Shown: positions 39,188 to 53,691, numbered from the stretch's first letter. The stretch: 64,000 bases of DNA from Octopus bimaculoides (GCF_001194135.2 NC_068985.1:127349675-127413674), one strand, 5' to 3'. Made by a program: numbers and translations. The notes: generated by a model from the sequence alone, not told the origin.

Positions 39188-42100
39188 GTAAAATTTTTTT
39201 GTTTCTTCTTTTAGATCTTTTAGCATTAAGATTTTTAAGATTACTGTTTTGATATTATGTGTGTGTTTAACATTCCCTTTTTCATGCTGGCGGGAACTGG
39301 ATGATTTGACAGTGGGCTGCACCAGATTATATGTCTACTTTAGCATGGTTTCTTCAGCTGGATGCCCTTCTTAATGGCAACTACTTGACAGTACACTGGA
39401 TGCTCTTTATGTGGAACCAGCACTGGTGAGGTCACCAAGTACTAGCAAATTAAGACCCCCCCCCCTCAACTGAGGGTATAGAGGAAGGGGTAAGAAACTA
39501 TGACAAAGAGACAAGGAGCAGGTGCTGTCTTATAATATCATATTTATATGTATATAGGCTCAGGCATAGTTGTGTAGTTAAAAGTTTGCTTTGCAATCAT
39601 GTTATCTCAAGCTCAGTTGAACTGTGCAGCATCTTCAGCAAGTGTTTCTACTAGAATCTTGGACTAACCAATGTCTTATGAGTTGCTTTTCTTGGAACTT
39701 ATCTTAAAATAAGTTCCAAAATGGTTGAAATAATTGACTATGCACTTTCCTTACAAATTTGTAGCGTTGTATTAGTGCATTAAAATCATTATTGCTGTTG
39801 TTACATTGAAAAGTAATACAAGGTTAGTAGAATTACTTGAGAGACAGACTGAAATTGTCTTTCAGTAATTAATTACATCTCTTTAAATTCTGAGTTCAAA
39901 TTCCACCAAGGTGTAGTTTTGTCTTTCATTTTTCTGTTGCCAATAAATTTAAAATGCCTGTCAAGTACTGGTATTTTATCAACTGTGTTGATTATACCCG
40001 TTCTCCAAAATGTAGCCTTGTCCTTACACATGAAATTGCTATGAGTTATGTCCCTTTATGCTCTGAGTTCACATGCCATTGAGTTTGATGATGCCATTCC
40101 TCCTTCCAGAGTTCATAAAATAATTAGAATCAAGTCCTGGGAATTGATTAAATTAGTTCTACCCTCTCCCAAAACTGTGCCTTGGTTAGAAATATTATTA
40201 TATGCACCATTTCCTCTTTGTGGCCTTTTTTTGTTCACTTTTCTTTTTGTATTGTATCCTCAGTAATTTTGGCTGTCATACTCTCCATCTTTACTTGACT
40301 TATTGCTGCTTTTTATCCTTTTCTTATGGATGGTAATGCAACTGAGAACTATATACAATAAGCTTAGTAGAATCATTAGCACATTGGACAAAATACTTAG
40401 CATTTCTTCTGTCTTTACATTCTTAGTTCAAATTCTGCTGAAGTCACCTTTGCCTATCATTTTTTGAAGGGATCAATAAAGTAAGTATCAGTTGAGCACT
40501 GGAGACGGGAAGGGAGTCAATGTAATTGGCCAGCCTCCTCCTCTACCAAAATTGTTATTGTAGAAAGAATTATTATTTGGTAGGAATTCTATTCAGTGTC
40601 ATTGAACTGTTCACTACATATCTCTTCATATTCTGTGGTTTTTGAAATTTATTTTTTATACATAACCAAAGGAGGAAGTTCTGTACCCATAGCCCCTATT
40701 AAGGGCCTTCAAGGTTAGTGAAAGGTAGTGAGGGAGCTTTCTTCAGACAGGAAGTCTAACCTTTATTGGAAATCCAGTTCAGTATGAACTTAGCATAAGG
40801 CACACAGAGCCAAGTGCTTGTTTCAAGTGAGTGATGGTTTAGGTCTATCACCCAAAATCATCTCATCTGACAGACCACCTCTTAGTTTCTACATATCAAA
40901 TTTCACTCACAAGGTTTTGATCAGCTCAAGGCTATGGGAGAAGACACTTGCCCATGGTACCAATCTGTGGGATTGAATCTGAAACCACATAGTTGTAAAG
41001 TGAACTTCCTCAACCTCACAACCACACCTAAAGTTTACTTTGCTTCATTTACTTTGGTCTTCTGTTTAAGAAAGGCTTGATTATCACACAGTGTTTAAGC
41101 AAATATTGTGGAAAAAGAGATGGTTAAAAGATTACTGTTTCACAACTTTATTGCCCTTTTAGCATATTGGCTACATTCCAACTCCATTAAATTATCTGTG
41201 TTTTAGCTATGGGCATCATGTTTTCATTTTGGGGTATACTTTCCTAAAACTTAATACTCATGATGCTAATTTAAAGACAATGGAGAATTTGGAAGCTACA
41301 TGGAGCAAGTCAAATAACCATGCAGAGGTTTCTGTACTGGCTTCGATTTTTAACATGGTAAATTTCCTGGGTCTTTAATGTTAACTGATGTTTGAGTTCT
41401 TCCTGAACAAGGTATGTGCCTTACTAGCACCCTAGTTTGTCTGAAGGCAGTTATCAAGGCTCTCTCTATTTCATTGTTCTGTGGCCAGTGAAGAGAAAGG
41501 TATTTAAAAGTTTGTATTTGTAAAAAATATTTGCTCTGAAAAAAAAAATAAAGGAACCTGTAATCCTACAACTGTACCTCTATACAATCATTCAAGCTGT
41601 CGGAAACAACAGCCAGATTTCCCTCAAAATTGTCCTAGATACACTGTAACTAGACTGAATGCATTTTTCATTTTTTTTTAGTCAGGAGTGAAGGCAACAC
41701 CCATAACCCTTCACAGGAGCTCTGTGACTGGTGGGGAAGAATGAAGAAGATATCTTCAAACCAGAGACCTAGCTTGAATGCTTGTAACAGAGTAGACTCT
41801 GCTAAAGGACCCCAAGGCACTGGGTGGTAGTGTTAAACTTGGCAAAAGATTAAAACTATAACTCTTATAGGCTGTGGTGAAATTTGAACTCGGGACTCAG
41901 AGCTAGAACAAATACCACAAGGCATTCACTCTAACATTCTAGTAGTTCTGCCAATTCATTGCCCCAGTACTATTTTATTGTCATCTCTGAAAAGATGAAG
42001 GGTGATGTTGACCTCATTGGAATTTGAACTCAGTGCTGAGAGTTGGAACAAATACTGTGAGGCATTCCATCTGATGCTGTACCAACTCTACCGATGAGTT

Positions 42101-42259
42101 GCCGTAGTTGGAATTCTTTTGGTTCATAGATTTTCTCAGTCAGGGTTGACTTGGTGGCTAAGCAACTATAACAACAATTCATGCAGATGTGGTAAAATTG
42201 ATGTAACTAGAACTCTAGTTGTAAAAGTAATTCTTATTGATTGAAACTGTTCATTCCAG

Positions 42260-42552
42260 GTGATGTTACTGTCAAGTCCGAAATTAGAAGACATCTTCTC
42301 AAAGTGCTGTGGGTCAGCTGACGATAGTCTAGACAATTCCCGCAGTGAACAGATCAATTACCAACACCCAACCCGTCTGATTCAGTTTCTTGTCGGGTTG
42401 AAGGGCAAAAATGAACCCATGTCTATAGGTGGGCCTTGGTCTCCATCGCTAGATGGTCCAAATCCAGCTGAGGACCCAAAAGTACTAATCAAGACTGCTA
42501 TCCGTTGTACTCGTGCCCTAACTAACATAGATCTCAGTATGTGCACACAGTG
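42260..42552 (+). CDS. CCAR1: CCAR1 coding exon 8, DBC1 (Nudix-like) domain (VMLLSSP...IGGPWSPSLDGPNP...TNIDLSMCTQ)
   Basis: tcattccag acceptor, GTAAGT donor at 42553. Phase 0 in, phase 2 out. Matches CCAR1 FLVGMKGKDEAMAIGGHWSPSLDGPDP...LIKTAIRC. Confidence 0.97.
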
Positions 42553-44678
42553 GTAAGTTTTAGAATATTATTTTCAGTGTTTTAACTGTTGTGTTTGCTT
42601 TTGTTTTCCTTATTTTTCAGGAACTGTTCAGTTATTTTCCTGATGAACTTGGAAATTCTTGGGATTTGAACACCAGATTGCAGAAACACAAACAAATCAA
42701 GTTTATTATTATTATTTATTTATTTTCCTTTTTGATTCCTTTAACTTTTTCAAAATGTTTTTTTTCTTCTTTTGTATTTATCTTTTTGCAGGTAACTTGA
42801 TTCTTGTTCCCTGATTTTGTCAATTCTAATTTTAGTTTGACTTCTTGTCTACAAATTAAACTCTAAATTTTATTCAAATATGTTTGTGTCTACTTGTGCA
42901 CACACAAGCATCTCATTCCTTCTCTTGTATATGTACTCAAGTTGCTTTGTGTCTGTACAAAAAGCCACAAACCATTTGATATTGTGTTCAGCACTGTTGT
43001 GACAGTGAATGTCATGCAGATGCTAGAGAGCCAAATTCTTATGCTTTTTGACCTGTTACTTTACATTTCTGGGTAACTCAAATAAATAGTCACATTGTAC
43101 AGAAAACGGTTTAAATCACTTGTTTTTCCATGCTACAGGAAAGATTATCATTGGGTTGGCTTTGCCTTTTATTCTCCATGGGCCAATAAAATGAAGTACT
43201 TGTCAAATACCAAAGTTAATATAGTTGAGTATAAATTCTCTCAAAATTTCTCACTTTATGCCTGTTATAAGTTATTAAATTGTATCAAGACAAACTTTAC
43301 TTTTCATCTCTTTAGAAATTGATAAAGTATCCCTCAAATAACTGGTCCCTCCCCATAAATCGATAGCTTTTTGTCTTTGCTAGAAATCATCAACATTATT
43401 ATTATTATTATTATGAAAGTAAATAAGGTGATAAACTGGAAAAACCATTCGCATGCCAGGCAAAAGGCTTAGCAGCATTTCGTCCATTTTTGTGTTCTGA
43501 GTTCAAATTCAGTCAAGGTTGACTTTGTCTTTCATCCTTTCAGGATGAAAGTACCAGTTGAGCTCTGGCCTTGTGCCAAAATTTGAAATACTTATGAAAA
43601 TAGATTTATCCTGACAAGCTTGATCTGCATCCCATTTGAGCTGTTCCACTTTCCTTATAATGCTAATGGATTGAGAATAAAATAAATGTCATGCATAAGT
43701 TTTTTGCCTTTAACATGTCTATCTGGTTGTATGTATTTGCTGCATCCTATTAGACAGTGGATGCAGCATGGCCAAATGGTTAAGAAGTTTGTTTTCACAA
43801 TCATAAGGTCTTTGGGATTGATCCTACTGTGAAACATCTTAGGGCAAGTGTCTTCTGGTGTTGTTTCAGGTCGACCCAAGCCTTGTGAGTGAGACTGAGT
43901 ACACAGATGAATTATACTTGTAATTCAAAGATACAACCCCCCTCTCTCTCTCCTCTTTCTTTCTCTCTCTCACTCACTCTCACACACACACACACACACA
44001 CACACACATTGTGTCAAGCTGATTCTGTCTGAGAATTACATAAGGGGTATATGTGTCTATGGAATGCTCAACTTATACAGAAATTCAATGAGTAGGTAAT
44101 TTGGTTGACCTGGTTCAGCAATTGAATCCTTATTATCTAAGCCAACAGAAATCCATTTACTGTATACAGAGACAAAGTTTCTGAGCAGATACATTTGATA
44201 AACTACCAGCTTGTGGGTTGCATGTTCATATATACTGCAAGTATTTTGTTGCAATGCAGGCATTTGATACTGCATGCCACAATTCTCCTAGGTGTCATGA
44301 ATAAATATCAGTTAGTTTTTTTTTGTGTGTGTGTTTGTGTGTGCGGGTGTGGAGAATCACTGGAATGTATTCCTTGATATGGGATACATCTGGTTACAAA
44401 TGCTCAGGTAATTGTCTGTATTAGTGTATAGGATAGATATTGTTCGGTTTGTATTGTTTTGTAATTGTTAGTCACTTTGTTGCCATTGTGACAAAATAAT
44501 GAAATTATTATTATTAATGTTATTACTATTATTATTAATATTGTTATTGTTTTTATTGTCAGTGTTGTTTGCTTTTAAAATAATTTCCATGTTTTGATGT
44601 TCATATGGAATGTTGTCAAACTATTTGAAAAAATTAATACCACTAAATAATTTTTTCTTATTAATGTTGTTGATTTAC

Positions 44679-44731
<53 letters not shown>

Positions 44732-44821
44732 CAATGGCTGTTGTTTGAACAGTCAGATATTCAAAGTTCTCGTCCATCTTTTTAGCAAAATCTTCTTTTT
44801 TCATTAACACCTTCCTAACAG

Positions 44822-44877
44822 GTATCGATTCGCAGAGATACGGTACATTCGTCCTGAGGAGATGCACAAGGGGCGAC
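44822..44877 (+). CDS. CCAR1: CCAR1 coding exon 9, 5' part only (WYRFAEIRYIRPEEMHKGR), truncated by an N-gap
   Basis: cctaacag acceptor. TG+G rebuilds Trp across the intron. Matches WYRFAEIRYHRPEETHKGR. The sequence runs into Ns at 44878. Confidence 0.93.
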
Positions 44878-45274
44878 NNNNNNNNNNNNNNNNNNNNNNN
44901 NNNNNNNNNNNNNNNNNNNNNNNNNNNNNNNNNNNNNNNNNNNNNNNNNNNNNNNNNNNNNNNNNNNNNNNNNNNNNNNNNNNNNNNNNNNNNNNNNNNN
45001 NNNNNNNNNNNNNNNNNNNNNNNNNNNNNNNNNNNNNNNNNNNNNNNNNNNNNNNNNNNNNNNNNNNNNNNNNNNNNNNNNNNNNNNNNNNNNNNNNNNN
45101 NNNNNNNNNNNNNNNNNNNNNNNNNNNNNNNNNNNNNNNNNNNNNNNNNNNNNNNNNNNNNNNNNNNNNNNNNNNNNNNNNNNNNNNNNNNNNNNNNNNN
45201 NNNNNNNNNNNNNNNNNNNNNNNNNNNNNNNNNNNNNNNNNNNNNNNNNNNNNNNNNNNNNNNNNNNNNNNNNN
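44878..45274. other. Assembly gap hiding CCAR1 coding sequence. Other gaps: 6685-6807, 13084-13176, 20226-20329, 26413-26496, 26830-26839, 34099-34549, 48720-48983
   Basis: N-runs. Five of the eight abut (AT)n tracts. Confidence 0.99.
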
Positions 45275-45309
<35 letters not shown>

Positions 45310-47063
45310 CACACACATATATATATATCTTCCCTTTGAATTAACAATTACTTCAGGATATATCAAACTGATACAATTTGCCCAGGAACATTGCTACAGT
45401 CCTGTACTTTTCTGTTTCAACTTTTCATATCATCTACATATAAATGTAATATATCAATACTAGCAAAAGCAAGTCTATTAGTATAGAGTGAAAATTATCT
45501 AAGTCTTGTTTAATGTACATTTTCCATGCTAGCATGGGTTAGATGAAAAATTGAGGTAGGATTGCATTACCAAATGCTCTTCCTCTCACCAGCCATTACT
45601 TATTTTTCAAGTAAGGAAATTCTTGTTCAAGAGGTCTGCACAGAGTAACTGGGGATGATACCAACAAAGAACATCGACATTCATGCACGTAAGATATGAG
45701 CGCATGCGCACATACACACACATGTATGACAGGTTCTTGCAGTTTCTATCTACAAAAGTCAATCACAAGGCATTGGTCAAACCATGATTATAATAACAGA
45801 CACTTAACCCAGGTGCTATGTGGTGGAACTGACTCTGAAATCACTTAACTGTGCCTATAATTGAAAATTTATAAGCATCACATATAAAAAAAGGAATCAA
45901 AATGTTTGAATTTATTTTCCTCAGTGGGGAGGGGGCAAAAGAGTATCCAGCCATAAAACACTACTTTAAAATGTCCCATCTAACCCATGCCAACAAAGAA
46001 AAGTAGGTGTAAAGGTGATGATGATGATAAAAGACCTGCATAGTATTAGTTGCTTTGGTTTTGTTCTTAACTGCTGTCTTCTTTATTTTGGTTTTTAGCA
46101 GTTTTTAGAAACTTGCATGTACTCTATTGACACAGTCAGGTCTTTAACACCAAATATGGTCTTGTTTTAAAATAATTCACATTATTCACAGCCAAGAACA
46201 TATTCTCCTAGTAGAATTCAAATGTCCAAATTTTGGATGAGTATTCCTCTCTTGATCTGAAAATATAAGGTGTCAAGTGATAAAGAAAACAGATGATCTT
46301 AGCTTTAAGCTTCCCTACTCAGTTTCTTGTTTCCACAGGGTTTCTGTCTTTATTCATGTCATCCCAGGTTGAAGAAAAGATGGATGTATGTATATGTTCC
46401 CTCCAGGCTGGATTATAGACATTTCAGTTGTGCTCCTTTTTTACTTGTATTTATATTTTTAATGGCAAAGTAAGAGGAGAAATGATAATGCCTATGAGGG
46501 TTTTTTTCATGGCCTTTATGTACTGAGAGGAGGAAGTGGTCTTCAGACAAGAGACTTAGTTCATATGCTTGCAACAGAATGGACTCCACTTGAGGCACTC
46601 AGTCACCAGGTGTTGATGTTAAACCAGGCACAGGATCAAGTCTATCACTGAAGTTTCTCATCAGACAAGTTTTAGATTAACCTGTTAGCATTCAGATTAC
46701 TCTGTGAAATGTAATGCTTATCTATTCACAATGCATTTTGTTCTGGCTTTAAGAATGACATTGTAGGGTAGGTGCAAGAGGTCAGATCTGTCTAGTTTGA
46801 ACATAAAACAGGTAGAATATTTGGGCTGGATATGGCCAGATTAAATTCTTAAGGGTTAAAGAATAAATAAACCAGGGTTTTGGAATAAATATATGTTCAG
46901 ACTTTGATGAAATAGGAAAAGGAAAACAATAGGTGATTGGTGCTGAAATAACTACTGATATTATCATTTTTGTCTATTTTCATATTCTGTAAGATCACAC
47001 TTTATGGTGGCTGGTGGAGGGTCATCAGTGTTCAGATTTGATGCATTTTGAAATGCGTATTAA

Positions 47064-47282
47064 TCCTTTAGCGCTCAGATTACTCTGTCAAATGTAATGC
47101 TTATTTATTAACATTTTTTAAAACTAATCATATATTATCTTATAGCTTTGAGATTTCGGAGATGTGATTGCTTTCTTTAGAACCACATTGCAGAACAAGT
47201 GTGAGAGGCTGAATCTGCCCAGTTTAAACATAAATCAGGAAGAATATTTGGGCCAAATATGGCCAGTTTAAATGCTAAAGGG
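47064..47282. mobile_element. TTAA-flanked MITE family D (TIR CCCTTTAGCATT). Other copies at about 1900-2100, 12125-12314, 12512-12687, 30013-30250, 32366-32794 (nested), 46681-46855 and 61810-62060
   Basis: TTAA at both ends, CCCTTT termini, and shared internal AACATAAAACAGGTAGAATATTT. Confidence 0.82.
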
Positions 47283-48685
47283 TTAAAATCTCTTTTCTTC
47301 TCTTGAGATCTCTACACATATGCCTATGTCAATAATTAATGTTACCTAAAAATTTCTATTTTCAAACAATGGCATTAATGTAAGTGTTATGTGTGAAATG
47401 GCTGAATAGATAAATAATTAGATGACCAGCTCATATTTTGGGAGTAATATCCTTTCAAAGGAGGCATTTTGTTATGTCTCTAAGCAGGACACTTTATATG
47501 GCCATCTCTCAGTTCACTCAAGCTATATAAAATAGCTACCAGAATTTTGAATAGTCTGTTGCTTTATCTTAAAGGCTTTGTTTTATTTATTTTACACTAT
47601 GGCAAATGAAGTTTAGCACAATCTTATGTATTCTTGGGCTTTGTGAAAGTATTCACTTTTTCGAAGTTGGTATATGGAATCTAATGCTACTTGAAATTTA
47701 ACAGTGAAATTGTAATGATTAGAGCTATTTTCTTGGACATTATTCTTCACTTTACTCACTTGGCAAAACATTAATAGGTGAGTCTTAATGCTTCTAACAA
47801 TTTTAAATTAGAATAAACTCATTCCTTAAACATCATATGTTGGTGTTTTTTAGTTTTGTTTATTTGCATTTTACTTTTTTGTCTTTTTTTTTTCATTGTG
47901 TCATGCCTTACAGTTGGTGGAATTGACAAGTTGCAGACAAATATACTTGAACTGAAAAGAGTCTAGTCTTTTGTGACAAATAAATTCAATGGGAAAGAAA
48001 TAGTCCATTTATGCAAGTAGTCAGGACATCATATTTCATTTGCATAAATTTGTAAGGCTGTCCTCAAATCTTCACATGGACTTGGAAAAGTCATTATGTA
48101 AACAATCCTGTATATCAAAGATGACTTGAAATCTGATTAACAAACCTTTAAATGTTGTCTGAGAGAGCGTAAGGGAAAATGATAATGTGCATGATATGTT
48201 TTGTTATTTCTCTTGCGGTGTGTCCTATAATAGAAGTTTGGTATGTATGAAAGAAAGATGTGGTGAGATATTTTAAACTTGGATATAGTTGACTTAGAAA
48301 ATTCCATTACATTTTTTAAATCATTTTCTCCCAGAATAGTTAAAGTTTTTTGTGTGGGGTGGTGTATAACACACATACACACACACACAATATGGTAAAT
48401 TAACATCTACAAGTACCCATTCTCGCCTGTTAATGTTTAGACAGCATTTTAAGTCCAGGTTTTGTTTTTTGGTAATTATTTATCAAGTTTTTTCTGTCTT
48501 TTCATTTAATTTTTATTTTTCACTGATATCATCATCATCATTTAATGTCTATTTTCCATGCTGGCATGGGTTGGATGGTTTGACAAGAGCCAGCAAGCCA
48601 GAAGACTGCACCAGGCTTCACTGTTTGTTTTGACATGGTTTTCATGGCTGGATGCCCTTCCTAACACCATCCACCTTACATAGTG

Positions 48686-48719
<34 letters not shown>

Positions 48720-50457
48720 NNNNNNNNNNNNNNNNNNNNNNNNNNNNNNNNNNNNNNNNNNNNNNNNNNNNNNNNNNNNNNNNNNNNNNNNNNNNNNNNN
48801 NNNNNNNNNNNNNNNNNNNNNNNNNNNNNNNNNNNNNNNNNNNNNNNNNNNNNNNNNNNNNNNNNNNNNNNNNNNNNNNNNNNNNNNNNNNNNNNNNNNN
48901 NNNNNNNNNNNNNNNNNNNNNNNNNNNNNNNNNNNNNNNNNNNNNNNNNNNNNNNNNNNNNNNNNNNNNNNNNNNNNNNNNNNGAAGAGGGAGCGGGGTG
49001 AATTTTCATTACTTTTTTCCTTTAGTATCCTGGTGTTTTCACTCAATTCCTCTTTTAGGGCATTGTGTAATGAAGTCTGCACACATCGTTGATGATGAAA
49101 AATGGTGAACTGGTGTAATTTTTGCTGCTGCTTCTTCTTCTTCTTTTTCTTCTTCTTCTTCTTCTTCTTTCCTCTGACCTGTTATGTGTTGTTTTAAAGT
49201 TTACTACCTTTTATTTCAGCTGTAGGCTTCTTTTTTTTTTTTTCTTTTCTTCCCCTTCGCTAGGAACCATCAATTTCTTGCCTGGAGCAACAGTGGGGAT
49301 AATTTCTAAGTTTGTCTTTGTGTATATGTCAAAGAAAGAAGAGAAAGTGCGTATCATGGTTATCCATATGTGCATGTCTGTGTGTGTGCATGTACACACA
49401 CATGGTTGCCCATGTGTGTGTATGTATGTATGTGTGTATATCGATGTTTTCTTTATAGGCAACCATGAAATGATTCTGGAATGGTGACGATGTTAACAGT
49501 GTTGCTGGTGAAGTCAGCTGAATACTCTGGAATGGTGCACTAGAATATTCAATGAATGCATTACAATATATGTATAACATACTAAATATAAAACAATATT
49601 TAATTTCCAGAGCCAAGATAAACTACATTCTTATCTTGGCTGTTAAATTACCTTAATAATTTGATTGCTTATATTTTTTAAGTTATTTCAACTCTGGATG
49701 GCAGTACTTTATGATTATGTCTAAAATTATTAAATTCTTTAAAAAAAAATGTAACATATTCGCTAACTTTTTTTCTAATTAATGTTCAAACTATATTACT
49801 TTTCTTATTAACTGCAATACTTCTAAGTTTCACCTGCTTGTTGAAGGATTTTTTTCCCTTTTTCATTTTCATCATTCTGATTGGTTTATACTAAGAAGCT
49901 TTGTCACCATTCAGCTTATTGAAGTAAATTAAACTTTTATTACCATAATCATATAAATATTTGTAAATAGATTTTCAGAAGAGAGGTTTCAAGTAATAAT
50001 TGCGGTCTTTTACTACGTATTTATTCTTAACATACTGTTTTAGATTACAAGACTATCTGTGGTTGCCACTGTCAAGAATATGCATCAGTATAGAGAAAAT
50101 GCTTGTTGTTGATGTTTAACCTGAGATTAGCCCTGATCCTGGAGACTTTTAACCAGATTTGTTCCAGCATGACTCTGCTGTCCTTTATTTAGGCATAGTA
50201 TATTTAAGACTTCATCACTCAAAGAATTCTTTTTCAAAATAGCAGGTGGGGTGAGAGATTTGCTTGTGACTCAGGATGATTGATACAGCTGACAACTCCA
50301 TTGCAATATCTTCATATTATAGCGTAAAATTAGCCTCTTTGTTTTGCCCCATGAAGCCTAACAGCAGTTCATGGAGAATCAGTCTGTAAATTAAGAGATT
50401 GTTTTATCAGGAACATGAGTCAGACAAATGCAGACATGATCTTTAGTATTATGACAC

Positions 50458-51400
50458 TATCGTCATCATCATTATTATTTTTCTCAGTATGTTTTTCCAC
50501 GCTTGCATGGGTTGAACAGATCTTCTCCAGCACAACATCTCAGCATTTGTTTCCTTCTTTTGTCATCTCTTTCATGAAGCTCAACCTCTTGGATTCAGCT
50601 TTCTTCACTTCTCATCTCCCTCTTTCACATGTTCCTTCCACTTGAATCTTTTTTACCCAACTCTCATCCTCTATACGCATCATGCTCAGATTAGCACAGC
50701 CTTTTCTTTTGCATGCTACTTCTGATTTCTTTTGTATCCATTTTGTTCTCTTCTCAGCTTATTTGTGCTCATCCAGCAGAGCATGCTCACTTTAGTTGTA
50801 TTCAACATTAATACATCCCCTACATTGAATACCTGTGTTTCACTATCATAATGTATATTGTATTTTTTATACAAATGTTATACAATCTGCTTTTTACTTC
50901 TTGCTCAGGAAATACCTCTGAGCTATTTCCATCCTATCTTTATTCTGTTTACTATGCTTTCAGAATACCCATCGCCACTGCTTAGATAATAGAAGCAATC
51001 AGTTGCTTCTAGGCACCCTTCCAAACATTTGAAGAGTTTATTTTACCAATACTCTTACTCCTGTGCATTTTCTACATACTAAGTATTCTTTCTGTCAATT
51101 TTCCTGTTTTCACTATACTTCTTATACACACATAGCTTACATCGGATACATCATATGGAATTCCATCCTACTTATTTTCTGCATATTGAGCATGGTCATG
51201 TTCCAGATAGCAATAGTTTTGTCTTGTTTCCTTTTTAATTAAGACTTTTGTCGTAGCTAGATTTAATGTGAGGCCTCTTCAGTATAGGCTTTGCTTATGA
51301 ATTTGGAATTTCTTGTGTAAATCTTTGACAAATTTAGAGAACTGATGGCCTTGGAAATCTGGTTCAGTGGTTTTTAGTCATAGATTTAATAGTTCATATC
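50458..51400 (-). mobile_element. Degenerate RTE-clade LINE 3' fragment
   Basis: Minus-strand remnants NSIxCIRCKL, LEATDCFYYL, GDGYSESIVNRIKIGWK and DSET, typical of the RTE ORF C-terminus. Ends AACCCATGCAAGCGTGGAAAAAC...AATGATGACGA, the same tail as SINE family A. Confidence 0.7.
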
Positions 51401-52976
51401 CTGTTGTTAGTACTGTATTGTATTTTTGACTAAAAGCCTCTAGATCTCACTGATTGAGGTTACTTATCTGTAAATAGGTACCATTTGAGGTCCAGCTGCA
51501 CATTGCTATAAGCAGCTTGAACTCAATTTTTTCTCTTTTGCACTGTGGAAATCACTCCAGTGTATCATAAAAGCCAAGGAGTATCTCAACAGCCCTGAGA
51601 CTAAGTATCAGTATCATAATTATTTTTGAAGAGCAAAATCTTTGTTTGGGTTTGTGTAGTGAATTATGTTTGATGTTCAAGTTCTATGTATAAATTACAT
51701 ACAACATGGGGACTGTGAAAATGTGGTGTAATGTAGTGTTGACCAGTTGACTACAGTCATATTGTTCATATCTTACTGATATAACCACTTCAGGCCTCAG
51801 AAGAAAGCAAGTAACTCTGCTTACTCCATATGTAAGGACAATTGATCATCAAAACCCCCTCACCTAGTTAAGCATAGAAATAAACAATGGAATAATGTAA
51901 GTAAAATAATTACTGGAAAATTAGCATTGAACTTGTATGTCACCTTCTTTATATTATTAAGTACCCAAATAAATATGTTTATTTTTATTTAATTAGAACA
52001 TATCTAAATGCTACTTTATGGGATTTCTTGTTTCTGAACATTGCCAAATAAAGTTGCATGTTGATGCATGATTATTATTAGTGCCAGATGTTTCTACAGA
52101 CTGGGCTATCTGCTTCCAAACACTCATAATGTTTGCACGTACCTTTTTTACTATCAGATTTTACTGTGGCTCAATTCATTCTTGTTTATTTTTAAATCTT
52201 AAGTAAACAACAGCAAAATTTACTCTTGAACTAGGAAACTTGAGTCATATTTAGAAAATGCATGAAAAGGTTGTTGTTTTTTCTTTTGGGTTTTTAATGC
52301 TTATATCATTATTCTTTTTAATCTTATATTCTTCTTTAATATGATGACTGTTGTATGTGCAGCTCCTGTTTGGACAGATGAGAAAACTTGATATTGTGTG
52401 TATGTATTGGTGTCCTATAATGTGTAATATACCAGAGAATGTCAGGTTTTACATGAATCTGTTTTTGATTCTAGTTTAGTTTATTGTGTAAAATTTGCAG
52501 CCTCTTAAAAAAATATATTCAAAATTACATTGTTTTGCTTGTTAAATATTGAAGTCTAGTTGTGAAAAAGAACAAAATCAAATGAAAATTCATTCACTGC
52601 TTATATATTGGTCACCAGTTTACATTGTGTGCTGACTTCACACTTCTTTTTTTAATATTTTGTCTTATCTTAGCTCATGTCACCCTTAAGAACCTTAGCA
52701 TAACTGAGACTGTGAAGGGTTGATCGAAAACCCTAATGGAAACTTGCTTTCCTCTCTACTTCTTCTAATACTACTACTGCAGGTTTTCAGCAACACCTCG
52801 AGAATTATATGGCACAATTACTACTACAGTTTACTAACAGTAGCATAGCAGTTGCCTATAATTCTATTGTTCTTATTTATTTATCTTTGTTTTGCTTTCT
52901 TCATTGTTAAATGGATATATTTGTGAGTAATGTTCCTTCTCTCTCTCTCTCTCTTTTTTTTTCTGTCACCAATTAG

Positions 52977-53048
52977 GAAGAAGAGGAAGCTATGAATACA
53001 GAAAAAGAGCCTACACATTTTTCTGAATTGGATCCCAAAACAATGAAA
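52977..53048 (+). CDS. CCAR1: CCAR1 coding exon, start of SAP domain (EEEEAMNTEKEPTHFSELDPKTMK)
   Basis: Pyrimidine tract plus aattag acceptor, GTTAGT donor at 53049. 72 nt, phase 0-0. Matches PTHWSKLDPKTMK. Confidence 0.92.
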
Positions 53049-53550
53049 GTTAGTAACAATAGGTTCTTATTATTTCAAAACATAATTAAACTTGATATGT
53101 AATGAAATAGTTCCTTATATTTAATTTTTTTAAATTAGTGTATATTTTTAAACTCGTGTATATAATTTTGTTGCCTAGAGGTACAGTAGCTGTGAGATTG
53201 GGTCATTGAGAGTTAAATGTCTTTGCTAGATATATAACTGAAAGTGCCACTGGAGACAATAGTATTAATTTTTTAATTGGATTGTTAATAAATAATATAA
53301 TCTTGATTTTTTTTTAATAGGGTACATACTATAGACCCTTTAATTATTAGACCAGATTTGATTGCTAATTAATAAATATATCCATTAGTGCTATAGAATG
53401 TTATTTACCAACAAAGTGACTAAAGCAGCAAGATTTTGTCTGTGTCCATATGAAATAGAGAATATCATGTTCTTGTCCTTTATCCCAGCCTAACAAAGAT
53501 TTATCAGAAATTCTTTCATTTTATTTTTTGACATAATCTGTTCATTACAG

Positions 53551-53691
53551 ATAGTTGATCTACGCCGAGAACTGGAAGATCGGAACTTGAGTTCTAAAGG
53601 ATTGAAGTCACAGCTAATAGCTCGACTAACAAAAATTCTGAAAAGTGAGAAGGAGGAAGAAGAAGAATTAGAGAATAACAAAGCTGCAGCA
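53551..53691 (+). CDS. CCAR1: CCAR1 coding exon, SAP domain core (IVDLRRELEDRNLSSKGLKSQLIARLTKILK...NNKAAA)
   Basis: cattacag acceptor, GTGGGT donor at 53692. 141 nt, phase 0-0. Canonical SAP motif L..L...L..R.LSSKGLKSQLIARL. Confidence 0.95.
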
